Positions 1-8,356 are shown, counted from the stretch's first letter. The stretch: 37,213 nucleotides of DNA from a virus (IMGVR_UViG_3300015050_000363:1-37213), one strand, 5' to 3'. A program made the numbers and translations. The notes: generated by a model not told the origin, from the sequence alone.

Positions 1-122
1 CCCAATACTTGTCGAGGTTGCTGTCGTTAGATAACACCATGCACTCCATCAGGATGGCGAAGCGGTGGCAGAAGTGGATGGCGGGGTCGTCGTTCTCAGG
101 CTCTGCCAGCGCGGCGCGGAGG
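1..122. repeat. Terminal direct repeat, copy 1 (identical to 37092-37213); circular assembly overlap
   Basis: Exact 122-bp identity read directly. Confidence 0.97.
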
Positions 123-226
123 GTTTCCGTGGCCTCATCAATGCTTGCCCAATTGGCCCCCTGTCTTGAATACCAATCCAACACCCCCAGCGCCTGCTGG
201 GCGGCTTTTCTCAATGCACTACTCAT
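1..226 (-). CDS. Hypothetical protein, 5' part of a 107-aa ORF spanning the circular junction (MSSALRKAAQQALGVLDW...)
   Basis: Manual translation; ATG overlaps the stop of 223..516; frame continues through the repeat to a stop at 36994. Confidence 0.8.
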   Translation of the reverse strand, partial: MSSALRKAAQQALGVLDWYSRQGANWASIDEATETLRAALAEPENDDPAIHFCHRFAILMECMVLSNDSNLDKYW

Positions 227-516
227 TCTTTACTCCTTGCACGGATGTACTCGGCCATCTCCGATGAACTCGCGGTGTAAATCCACTTGTCATCGCACAC
301 CTTCGCACACGCCTCACGCTCGGCAGCACGAATTTCATCTTCGAAACGCTGCCAGTGTTCTTTGTTGATCGGCTCATTCATTACCCTCTCGCGCTCGGCA
401 GCGGCGACAAGGGCGGCGAAATCGTCAAATACAGCGGCAAAACGCCAAACAATGTCGATTTGTGCAGGTGAAGACCCAGCCTCCCGCGCCATGCGGATCA
501 GTTCTTCCCTATCCAT
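223..516 (-). CDS. Hypothetical phage protein (MDREELIRMAREAG...AAERE...CAKVC)
   Basis: AGGAG RBS upstream; overlaps neighbours; internal AAERE repeat. Confidence 0.85.
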   Translation of the reverse strand: MDREELIRMAREAGSSPAQIDIVWRFAAVFDDFAALVAAAERERVMNEPINKEHWQRFEDEIRAAEREACAKVCDDKWIYTASSSEMAEYIRARSKE

Positions 517-979
517 TGTTCTTCTCCTTCAGCGCGGCCTCGATGGCATGTGAGAAGTCGCCTGGATGTGGGCTCCACATCTGCGCGACTTCATATTCCC
601 TCAGCCCTCGCCACTCGCGGCGGGGTGGGTGGGTGTAGAGAGGTTTGCGCGGCGCATTGCTTGTTGAAGGGTTCTGTGTCACACGCCACTCTTTAATTGG
701 TGAAGCGTACCCACCAGAAGACAAGGTGCGCAACTCCAGCCACGCCACCGGCTCCTGTTCATGCTGCTTTAGCTCGTCGAGGGCGGTTTCAAGTTGTTTA
801 ATCTTTTCGGATTGCCTTGCCGCAACACGCCCCCAAAACCCCGGCTCCTGCTCCGGCTGCTCCAGCGCGGCGCGAAGGGCGTCCTGTGCGGCTTTGCAGC
901 GGTCAATGTACGGCTGGTCGTCGCTCAATGCAGCGGTCAGCGCCTCCAGCGCCTGCTGGGCGGCTTCTCTAAGGTTCAT
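509..979 (-). CDS. Hypothetical modular phage protein (MNLREAAQQALEAL...QEPVAW...PLYTHPP)
   Basis: Start moved to the ATG at 979 behind AGGAGAAG RBS. Confidence 0.85.
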   Translation of the reverse strand: MNLREAAQQALEALTAALSDDQPYIDRCKAAQDALRAALEQPEQEPGFWGRVAARQSEKIKQLETALDELKQHEQEPVAWLELRTLSSGGYASPIKEWRVTQNPSTSNAPRKPLYTHPPRREWRGLREYEVAQMWSPHPGDFSHAIEAALKEKNNG

Positions 980-1036
980 TTTCTTCTCCTTTGTTATACT
1001 GATTTTGACTCCGCCTCCACCGCACAAACAGGTTCC

Positions 1037-1441
1037 TCAGAGCGACCTGTCGGCACAGGTGGTAGGCGGGGTCTCCTTCCATATCGTATCGAGGACTTGC
1101 GCCTTGGCGCTGCGAAGTCGTGCTTTGTATCTGGCTTGCCGCTCGCGCACTGTCAGGCTCGGACGCTTGGCGTTCTTATTACTACTAGACCGGATCTCTA
1201 GCTTGTAGACCGCGACGTTACGCCGGCCTGCCGTGTTCATGTCCCAACGAATGATGCGAAGTGCGTTCTGGTTGTACATCGCGTTGACGTACTTGCGGAC
1301 GGTGGCGGGGCTCATGCCGCTCTCGTCAACGATGTCTTGGACCGTCGCGCCGTCAAGTAGCTGGAAGACCATGATTGCGTATACCCCAGCACCAACCTTG
1401 GTGCGGTAAGCGGGGCGATAGTCTGCTAGATGCGGGTTCAC
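1037..1441 (-). CDS. Putative winged-HTH DNA-binding protein
   Basis: ATVQDIVDESGMSPATVRKYV HTH pattern and basic C-terminus; GTG start overlaps the upstream TGA. Confidence 0.65.
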   Translation of the reverse strand: MNPHLADYRPAYRTKVGAGVYAIMVFQLLDGATVQDIVDESGMSPATVRKYVNAMYNQNALRIIRWDMNTAGRRNVAVYKLEIRSSSNKNAKRPSLTVRERQARYKARLRSAKAQVLDTIWKETPPTTCADRSL

Positions 1442-1611
1442 ACCCACCCCCAGCAAAGAACCAGCACACCGACGATGGCGGCGGCAAGTGTGATCGCCCA
1501 AGCAAAGTCAGCCCAGCCGCCGCCGATGGGGCGGTAGTCGTCGTACTCATTCGCCGCGTGCGCGGCCTCCGGGTGTCGCCCCTGCTGATCGCACCCCTTC
1601 GGAATTCTCAC
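1438..1611 (-). CDS. Small membrane protein, 57 aa (MRIPKGCDQQGRHPEAAH...WAITLAAAIVGVLVLCWGWV); not in ORF track
   Basis: Manual translation; GTGA overlaps at both ends; C-terminal hydrophobic helix. Confidence 0.75.
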   Translation of the reverse strand: MRIPKGCDQQGRHPEAAHAANEYDDYRPIGGGWADFAWAITLAAAIVGVLVLCWGWV

Positions 1612-1751
1612 CACAATGCTTCTCCTATTTCTTGGACCGGCTCTTTCTTTCGAGTCGGTGCTTTGTTGACGACGATGCCTCTTCCAGTGACTGAGTATCT
1701 AAAGGGCCACGGACTATCTCTTCTGTTTTGAACCTGTGTAAGTTCGCGCAT
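1608..1751 (-). CDS. Possible small overlapping protein, 47 aa (MRELTQVQNRRDSPWPF...IGEALW)
   Basis: Stop is coupled to the next gene's GTG; largely nested in 1625..1819 in another frame. Confidence 0.4.
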   Translation of the reverse strand: MRELTQVQNRRDSPWPFRYSVTGRGIVVNKAPTRKKEPVQEIGEALW

Positions 1752-1819
1752 TCCCTCGCCCGTACTCCGTTCCGTGTCGATAGCACTACTGTCCATGTGC
1801 CGCACTCCGGGCATTTCAC
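1625..1819 (-). CDS. Zinc-ribbon protein, NrdR N-terminus-like
   Basis: MKCPECG...R.REC.N.HRFKT.E pattern; ATG overlaps the upstream stop. Confidence 0.75.
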   Translation of the reverse strand: MKCPECGTWTVVLSTRNGVRARECANLHRFKTEEIVRGPLDTQSLEEASSSTKHRLERKSRSKK

Positions 1820-2013
1820 TTAGCCACCATGAAAAGCCAGACGAGCAACATCGCGGCGATGACCCAGCACAGCAAGTCAACGCCCGCGACGGCGCGGCGC
1901 TCACGCTGTAGCAGAGACTCTTGCAGGCGCTGCTCGAAGTCGCTCATCGGGTACACCGGGCGCGGGTGGTACATAGACCCGATCTTTACCTTGCCTGTGT
2001 CGTAAGGTGTCAT
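1816..2013 (-). CDS. Small membrane protein
   Basis: C-terminal hydrophobic helix; 4-bp overlaps with neighbours. Confidence 0.75.
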   Translation of the reverse strand: MTPYDTGKVKIGSMYHPRPVYPMSDFEQRLQESLLQRERRAVAGVDLLCWVIAAMLLVWLFMVAK

Positions 2014-2198
2014 TTCACGGCCTCCTTTAGGATCTCGACGCGCTCGCGGGCGTCACGCAGGGCACAGTAACGCTGGTGCAGCCGCTCCAGAAACGTCACG
2101 CGCTTATGCACGGCACGCTCCTCGTTCAGCATCGCCAGTACCTCATCCTCCGGTATTGCCGAAAGGTTCTCATTGAGCCAACGCCACGAATGTCTCAT
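2010..2198 (-). CDS. Hypothetical phage protein
   Basis: ATGA overlaps on both sides; helical content. Confidence 0.8.
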   Translation of the reverse strand: MRHSWRWLNENLSAIPEDEVLAMLNEERAVHKRVTFLERLHQRYCALRDARERVEILKEAVK

Positions 2199-2335
2199 TT
2201 TTGTTCCAGGCGCTTCTCTAGCGCGGCTATCAGCGCTTCAAGTCGGTAGACCCGACGTTGCGCTTGGTTGAAGAATTTCTGCGCGATGCGCAGTTCAACT
2301 TGTGCCACCTTCAGTCTCTCGGTCCACTTGGTCAT
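2195..2335 (-). CDS. Small coiled-coil protein, 46 aa (MTKWTERLKVAQVELRIAQKFFNQAQRRVYRLEALIAALEKRLEQK); not in ORF track
   Basis: Manual translation; ATGA overlaps at both ends fill the gap exactly. Confidence 0.75.
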   Translation of the reverse strand: MTKWTERLKVAQVELRIAQKFFNQAQRRVYRLEALIAALEKRLEQK

Positions 2336-3600
2336 TTCAATGCCTCCACAGCAATTTTCGATAACGACTTCTTTTCCTTGAGCGCGGTCAGAATGCGCTC
2401 GTCAATGGTTCCCTTGGTCTGTAGGACATAGACCCAGACATCGTGCTGCTGGCCGCTGCGGTGCAGCCGCCCGATGGCCTGCTCGTACAGCTCCAGCGAC
2501 CACGGCAGCGACAGAAAGATGATGTGATGGCCGCCCGACTGTAGGTTCAGTCCGTGGCCGGCGCTCTTGGGGTGCAGCGCCAGCAGCCGCACGCGGCCAG
2601 CGTTCCAGTCGTTCAGCGCCTCTGGCCCGCGGGCGTGCGGGTAGCGCCGCAGCAGTTCCTCGCGCTCCTCAATGTAGTTGTAGAAGACGATGGTGTTGGC
2701 GCCTTGGTTCTCGGACAGGATCTCGTCCAGCAGGTCGAACTTGTGGTGCGACAGCCAGCGCGGCTCTGGCGTGTACAGGAACCCGGACGCCATCTGCTGT
2801 AGCTTCTGCGTTACAACGCCCGCTGACTGGGCGATGGCCGTCGCGTCGGGCAGCTCCAGCACGAAGTCCTTCTTCATCGTCTCGTAGTCGGTCAGGTCCA
2901 TCTCGCAGGCCATCGGTACGATGTGCAGCGCCCGGTCGGTGGACGCGCCCTCCAGCAGGAACGTGGCCGGCTTGATGCGCTGCGTGACCGCCTCCAGAGC
3001 GCCTGGCCGCGGCTCCCAGTCGTTGAAGTCCCGGCTCATGCAGTAGAAGTGCTGTTGCAGGAACGCGCCCTTGCTACGGCCCAGCAGGGACTGGTCAACG
3101 ATCTTGCATTGGCCGAACACATCCTCAAGGCCGTTGGAGGTGAAGCTACCCGTCAGGCCCCACCGGATGGGGATGTCCTTGATCCATTTCTCTAGCGCCT
3201 TGAACCGCTTGCCGCTCGGGTCTTTCAGCCGGGTCAGCTCGTCGAAGATGATGACGTCGAAGTCGCAGGGCTGCGTGACCAGCCATTGGATGTTGTCGTA
3301 GTTGGTGACGATGACATGGGCGTCACTGTCAAGCGCCGCTTTACGCTGCGCGGGCGTGCCAACAGCGGCGGCCAACCGCAACTGAGGCGCCCACTTCTGC
3401 ACCTCCTCCGGCCAGACGTGCGCGGCCACCCGCAACGGCGCCAGCACCAAGGCGCGGCGAGCGATGCCACCCAGCAGCAACGGGCGCAGCGCGGTCAGCG
3501 TGATCGCCGTCTTGCCCGAGCCAACCGGCGCCAGCATCAGCGCACGGTCACGCTCGTATAGGAAGTCAGCAGCCGTTTCTTGTATGGGCCTGAGTTTCAT
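2332..3600 (-). CDS. SNF2-family (SF2) helicase
   Basis: LRPIQ Q-motif, GSGKT Walker A, IFDE Walker B, GLTGS, SAGHGLNLQ, QAIGRLHRSGQ. Confidence 0.93.
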   Translation of the reverse strand: MKLRPIQETAADFLYERDRALMLAPVGSGKTAITLTALRPLLLGGIARRALVLAPLRVAAHVWPEEVQKWAPQLRLAAAVGTPAQRKAALDSDAHVIVTNYDNIQWLVTQPCDFDVIIFDELTRLKDPSGKRFKALEKWIKDIPIRWGLTGSFTSNGLEDVFGQCKIVDQSLLGRSKGAFLQQHFYCMSRDFNDWEPRPGALEAVTQRIKPATFLLEGASTDRALHIVPMACEMDLTDYETMKKDFVLELPDATAIAQSAGVVTQKLQQMASGFLYTPEPRWLSHHKFDLLDEILSENQGANTIVFYNYIEEREELLRRYPHARGPEALNDWNAGRVRLLALHPKSAGHGLNLQSGGHHIIFLSLPWSLELYEQAIGRLHRSGQQHDVWVYVLQTKGTIDERILTALKEKKSLSKIAVEALK

Positions 3601-4160
3601 GCGCTGCCCCATTGGTCAGCCATCGCTGCCGCAACGCCCGCGTAAGTGCGACTGCGCTCTTTCCACCGCTCGGGGCTGGGGGACATACGATGCACCCGCG
3701 CATCGCGCCCGTCAACGATGTTCGTCGGTTTCAACTTGGGTAGGTTCTTGAGCCAAAGGCAGGTCGTCTTTGTCTCCCCATGCCCAAACTGCCACGGCTG
3801 GATGATCTGGTCAGGCTTGCGGATGACCGTGCTGATCTTGCTGACGGGGTTCTCCAACGCAATCCTTGGAATCGGCGCGGCCAACAACAGACGCACAAAC
3901 TCCAGCGCCTCGGCCTGCTCGGCCTGTTTGTCCTTCCACCAACGCGCACCGCTGACCGCCAGATGGGTGCAGGGCGGATGAGCGATCATCAGGTCCCAGC
4001 CGTGGTCGATGATGTCCAGTACGTTGCATTGATAGTGATCGCCCAGCGGCGACTCGCTCGGCAACAAGTCGCAGGACGCGGCGTAGTGACCGGCGCGCAG
4101 GAACGCATCGCGCACAGTCCCGCTGTATTCACACGCCACTAGCACTTTGAACGAAAGCAT
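3597..4160 (-). CDS. Short phage DNA (cytosine-5) methyltransferase
   Basis: VLVACEYSG SAM-binding-like motif, HPPC catalytic motif, ENP motif; start at ATG 4160. Confidence 0.8.
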   Translation of the reverse strand: MLSFKVLVACEYSGTVRDAFLRAGHYAASCDLLPSESPLGDHYQCNVLDIIDHGWDLMIAHPPCTHLAVSGARWWKDKQAEQAEALEFVRLLLAAPIPRIALENPVSKISTVIRKPDQIIQPWQFGHGETKTTCLWLKNLPKLKPTNIVDGRDARVHRMSPSPERWKERSRTYAGVAAAMADQWGSA

Positions 4161-4410
4161 CGACGTTCTCCTTAGACCACACGATTGCGTAGTTGCACCC
4201 CAGCGCCTTAACCTCATCAGCGAAGACGCGCTGTAGCGGCGACACGCGCCCGCCTTCTGTCTTGACCTCAACAAACCAGACATGGCCGCCTGGCAGCACG
4301 ACCAGCCGGTCAGCGACGCCGCGGTTGGTTGGCGACACGAACTTGTACGCCTTGCCGCCGTGCTCCTTGACGCGGCGCACTAGGTACGCCTCAATGTCAC
4401 GCTCCAGCAT
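4129..4410 (-). CDS. VRR-NUC domain nuclease
   Basis: E..IE, GVADR, FVEVK...G..S..Q PD-(D/E)xK pattern. Confidence 0.9.
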   Translation of the reverse strand: MLERDIEAYLVRRVKEHGGKAYKFVSPTNRGVADRLVVLPGGHVWFVEVKTEGGRVSPLQRVFADEVKALGCNYAIVWSKENVDAFVQSASGV

Positions 4411-4537
4411 GGGCCGCTCTCCGTTTGGCTGTGCAGACGGCGCAGCGCCATACGCCTCGACGGCAACTGCTGCCGGGCCCGTCGGGCACATCGCGGTTGC
4501 AGTCAAAGCACCTTCTCAAAAAATTGTGTGGGTCCAT
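4397..4537 (-). CDS. Small zinc-finger protein, 46 aa (MDPHNFLRRCFDCNR...WRCAVC...)
   Basis: Two CxxC pairs; first ORF downstream of the leftward promoter. Confidence 0.55.
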   Translation of the reverse strand: MDPHNFLRRCFDCNRDVPDGPGSSCRRGVWRCAVCTAKRRAAHAGA

Positions 4538-4544
4538 GTCCGGA

Positions 4545-4594
4545 ACTTTACACCAACAAAAAGTTGTTGACAAGACTTTTCTTCCGGCTACACT
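4545..4594. promoter_or_regulatory. Divergent sigma70 promoters with overlapping -35 elements
   Basis: Plus strand TTGACA(4567-4572)-16-TACACT(4589-4594); minus strand TTGTCA(4573-4568)-17-TAAAGT(4550-4545). Confidence 0.7.
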
Positions 4595-4621
4595 GGAGGT
4601 CTCAACGGTCAAGGAGACTTC

Positions 4622-5740
4622 ATGCAGCACAGTAAAGTAGTCGGCGGGTCCACCGCCAAGCGGGTCATCAACTGCCCCGGCAGCGTGGCACTGGTGCGGC
4701 GTATGCCGCCGCAGATCGAGAGCAAGTACGCCGCCGAGGGCACCATGCTGCACAACTGCATGGACCGCCTGCTCGGGACCGAGGACGTGATGGGCGCCAT
4801 CCGCGCTGACGTCAGCCTCACCGAGGCGCAGGTCGAGAAGCTGACGTTCTGCGTCAACGCGCTGGACCAAATCGACCCCGAGCAGAAGATGAACTTCAAC
4901 CAAGAAGTGACGGTTGAGTTCGAGGGCGTCAAGGCGCTGGAAGGCGTGTTCGGCAGCGTGGACCTGATCGGCAAGATCGGCGACCGCATGGTCGTGCTGG
5001 ACTGGAAGTTCGGCGACGGCGTGGTAGTGGACGCTGAAGAGAATCCGCAGGGTCTGTTCTACGCGGCGGCGGCCAAGAAGACCAGCAGTGTGCAGTGGGC
5101 CGCGCAGGACACCAGCGAGGTCGAGATCATCATCGTGCAGTTTCCGGTCATCCGTCGCTGGGTGACCACCTGGGCGCGGGTAGACCAGTTTGAGCGTGAC
5201 CTGATTGCCGCCATTAAGCTGTCGCAGCGCCCCGACGCGCCGTTAGAGATTGGCGACTGGTGCCGCTGGTGTACGGCGAAGCCCGTCTGCCCTAAGATGA
5301 CCGGCGCCATCGACCGCGCCATTCAGACCGCCCTGACCGGCATTAGCGACGAGGACTTGGGCCGTGCGCTGGCGCTGGCTGAGAAGCTGGAAGGCTTTAT
5401 CGGTGACGCTCGGGCGCTGGCGATGCAGCGGCTTGAGAAAAGTCTGCCTGTGCCCGGGTATAAATTAGTACCGAAGCGTGCGACGCGCCAGTGGGTCGAT
5501 GAGGCCAAGGCCGAGCAGGCGCTGATGGCCGTTGGCCTTGGCGCTGACGACATCTTTAAGAAGGAACTTCTGTCACCTGCTCAAGCCGAGAAGGTGGCAA
5601 AGAAGGCCAAGGTTGATTTCCCCGCCGATCAGGTGGTGGCGGTTAGCAGTGGCAACACCATCGCCCCGGAGAGTGATCCCCGGTCGGCGGTGGTTCTCGT
5701 CGGGCAGCAGTTGACTGCGGCCCTCTCTAAACTCCAATAA
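4622..5740 (+). CDS. DUF2800 / Cas4-like PD-(D/E)xK exonuclease
   Basis: CPGS...A.EGT.LH, FGSVD, LDWKFG, Q...YA motifs; C-terminal CRWC...C cluster. Confidence 0.88.
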   Translation: MQHSKVVGGSTAKRVINCPGSVALVRRMPPQIESKYAAEGTMLHNCMDRLLGTEDVMGAIRADVSLTEAQVEKLTFCVNALDQIDPEQKMNFNQEVTVEFEGVKALEGVFGSVDLIGKIGDRMVVLDWKFGDGVVVDAEENPQGLFYAAAAKKTSSVQWAAQDTSEVEIIIVQFPVIRRWVTTWARVDQFERDLIAAIKLSQRPDAPLEIGDWCRWCTAKPVCPKMTGAIDRAIQTALTGISDEDLGRALALAEKLEGFIGDARALAMQRLEKSLPVPGYKLVPKRATRQWVDEAKAEQALMAVGLGADDIFKKELLSPAQAEKVAKKAKVDFPADQVVAVSSGNTIAPESDPRSAVVLVGQQLTAALSKLQ

Positions 5741-5748
5741 GGTAAATC

Positions 5749-6369
5749 ATGTCCAATATGACTGTGTTCTCTCAAGCCGGCCTGCCGGCAGTTGCGTCCC
5801 TGACCACGGCCCTGCGCGCCATCGCGCCTGATGTCGGTACCAGTACCGTCATCATCAAGATGGACAAGACGGGCCACTGGGTGTACGGGGCCGAGCAAGA
5901 AGAAGTCGAAGACGGCAGCCTCTGGGCCGTCAACCCGTTCTCCTTCGTGCATGGCTTCATCGCGTGGGGCGAGGGCGACGTTCTCGGTGAGAAGATGGGT
6001 CCCGTGACCCAGCCTCTGCCCGAGGTTGACGCGGCGCCTCCGGGTGCGAAGCGTGGGTGGGAGCCGCAAGTCGGGTTCTCGCTTAAGTGCACCAGCGGCG
6101 CTGACGCTGGCATGGAAGCGCGCTACTCCACCACCTCGGTGGGTGGCAAGCGGGCCGTGCAGGCGCTGGCGGTGGCGATTGCCACGCAGGTCGATAAGGA
6201 CCAGACAGCGCCCGTGCCGGTGGTCAAGCTCGCGAAGGACTATTACGCCCACAAGAGCTACGGGCGCGTCTACACGCCGGTGTTCGATGTCCAGCAGTGG
6301 ATCGGCATGGACGGCGCGGCTGACGAGGCGGAAGCTGCACCCGCACGCCGTCGCCGCGTCGCGGTCTAA
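5749..6369 (+). CDS. Putative single-stranded DNA-binding protein
   Basis: Lies between the exonuclease and polymerase; beta-rich core with a flexible charged tail; synteny-based call. Confidence 0.6.
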   Translation: MSNMTVFSQAGLPAVASLTTALRAIAPDVGTSTVIIKMDKTGHWVYGAEQEEVEDGSLWAVNPFSFVHGFIAWGEGDVLGEKMGPVTQPLPEVDAAPPGAKRGWEPQVGFSLKCTSGADAGMEARYSTTSVGGKRAVQALAVAIATQVDKDQTAPVPVVKLAKDYYAHKSYGRVYTPVFDVQQWIGMDGAADEAEAAPARRRRVAV

Positions 6370-6379
6370 CTAAGAGGGG

Positions 6380-6402
6380 CGGGGGCTACGGCCCCCGTTT
6401 TT
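6380..6402 (+). terminator. Intrinsic terminator
   Basis: CGGGGGC-TACG-GCCCCCG followed by TTTTT. Confidence 0.8.
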
Positions 6403-6406
6403 ACTT

Positions 6407-8356
6407 ATGATTTGGATCGATTTCGAGTCCCGCAGCGAGTGCGACCTCAAGCGCCACGGCGTCTACAACTACGCTGCTGACCCGTCCACCCGCGTGCTGT
6501 GCATGGCGTGGGCGCTGGACGATGGCGAGGTGGAAATTTGGGCGCCGGGCCAAAAATTTCCAAAAGCCGTGGCCGATGCCGTCGCCAAAGGCGACACCAT
6601 CTACGCCCACAATGCCGCGTTCGAGCGCCTGATCTGGTCCTACGTTCTGGGGCCTGACCACAACGCTCCCGTGCCGACGCTGGAGCAGTACTACTGCACC
6701 GCCGCGCAGGCCCGTGCCAACTGCGGGCCAGGCTCGCTGGAGGACGTGGGCCGGTTCGCTGGCGCAGCGATGAAGAAAGACCACAAGGGCACGGCACTGG
6801 TCCGTAAGTGCTGCCTGCCGCCGTTCAAGCATACGCCGCAGGATCTGCAAGACCTGTTCGCCTACTGCGCCCAAGACGTTCGCGCCATGCGGGCTGTGTC
6901 GCAGGCCATGCGTCCGCTGTCGGCGCAGGAGCTGGCCGACTACCATGTCAACGAGCGCATCAACGACCGCGGCGTGCTGGTGGACGTTGACCTCGCCAAA
7001 GCCGCGCAGAACTACGCCGCGCAGGAGCTGGCCGCCATCGAGGCCGAGGTGGTCGAGGTGACGGGCGGCGCGATCACCAGCGTCCGCTCGCCCAAGATGC
7101 GCGAGTGGGTCTGGGAGCGGGTAGGCCCCGAGGCGCGCAAGCTGATGACGACCGACGAGGGCAAGCAGTCCATCGACAAGTCCGTCCGCGCTGCCCTACT
7201 AATTCTTGCTGAGGAAAACCCTGATGAAGTGCCCCATGCTCCAGCGACAGTCATTCAGGCAGCAGACGACATCTTTTCATCGTCGGTCGCCAAGTTCGTT
7301 AGGTTCGCGCAAATTGCGGATGAAGAAGATCAACGTGTGCGTGGGGCGTTTGTGTTTGCTGGCGGTTCTGCCACAGGCCGGGCGGCGTCCTATGGCATCC
7401 AGCTACACAATTTGTCCCGCAAGACCGCCAAAGACCCGGAGGCTGTCCGTCATGCGATGTGTCGCGGACATCAAATCACTCCTGAGTTCGGTGTTCGGGT
7501 AACTGACGTATTAAAAGGGATGTTACGCCCGGCTATTGTTGCGGCGACGGGCCATGTTTTTGTCAACTACGATTGGAACGCTATTGAAGCTAGGGTGTTG
7601 CCTTGGTTAAGCGAAAAAGGCGAGGCTACGCTAGATGTGTTTCGGCGTGGCGAAGACATGTATGTGGCGACTGCTAAAACCATGTTTAGGGTTGACGAAG
7701 TGTCACCTGACCAACGTCAGCAGGCCAAGGTCGCAATTCTTGCGTGCGGGTTTGGCGGGGGTGTTGGTGCGTTGGCTGCGATGGGCCGCGCTTACGGGCT
7801 TGTATTTTCAGAGCCTGAAGCTAAACGCATAGTAGACCTGTGGCGCCGCGCGAACCCTTGGGCGCAAAACATGTGGCGCCGAACAGAAGAAGCGTACCGA
7901 GGCGCCATGCGCAACCCTGGTAAGGGGTTCACTGCCAACCGTGTCACCTACATGTTTGACAAACAACACTTGTGGTACGCGCTTCCGTCCGCGCGTCTTT
8001 TGTGTTACCCCCATGCGCGATTTGAGGCTGACGGCGAGATAACTTATGCAAAAGCGGCTTGGAAACCAGCCGCCGACGCAAAAGAATGGCCTCGCGCAAA
8101 ACTTTGGTACGGCATTGCCGTTGAAAACATCACGCAAGCTACCGCGCATGACGTTTTGCGCCATTCGTTGAGAGTGATGGATGCGGAAGACATCGCGGTT
8201 CTCGCGCATGTGCATGATGAAGTTCTGGTGGAGTGCTCAGAGAGCGACGCGCAGCGCGTAAGTCAGCGTATGCAAGAGATCATGTGCGCCGCGCCCGAGT
8301 GGGCTGAAGGACTGCCGTTAGCAGTTGCGGGATCAGTGGCCACCCGTTACAGTTGA
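6407..8356 (+). CDS. Family A DNA polymerase with 3'-5' exonuclease (APSE-like)
   Basis: ExoI DFE, ExoII HNAAFE, ExoIII YCAQD; motif A DWNAIEAR, motif B RQQAKVAILACGFGG, motif C HDE. Confidence 0.95.
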   Translation: MIWIDFESRSECDLKRHGVYNYAADPSTRVLCMAWALDDGEVEIWAPGQKFPKAVADAVAKGDTIYAHNAAFERLIWSYVLGPDHNAPVPTLEQYYCTAAQARANCGPGSLEDVGRFAGAAMKKDHKGTALVRKCCLPPFKHTPQDLQDLFAYCAQDVRAMRAVSQAMRPLSAQELADYHVNERINDRGVLVDVDLAKAAQNYAAQELAAIEAEVVEVTGGAITSVRSPKMREWVWERVGPEARKLMTTDEGKQSIDKSVRAALLILAEENPDEVPHAPATVIQAADDIFSSSVAKFVRFAQIADEEDQRVRGAFVFAGGSATGRAASYGIQLHNLSRKTAKDPEAVRHAMCRGHQITPEFGVRVTDVLKGMLRPAIVAATGHVFVNYDWNAIEARVLPWLSEKGEATLDVFRRGEDMYVATAKTMFRVDEVSPDQRQQAKVAILACGFGGGVGALAAMGRAYGLVFSEPEAKRIVDLWRRANPWAQNMWRRTEEAYRGAMRNPGKGFTANRVTYMFDKQHLWYALPSARLLCYPHARFEADGEITYAKAAWKPAADAKEWPRAKLWYGIAVENITQATAHDVLRHSLRVMDAEDIAVLAHVHDEVLVECSESDAQRVSQRMQEIMCAAPEWAEGLPLAVAGSVATRYS

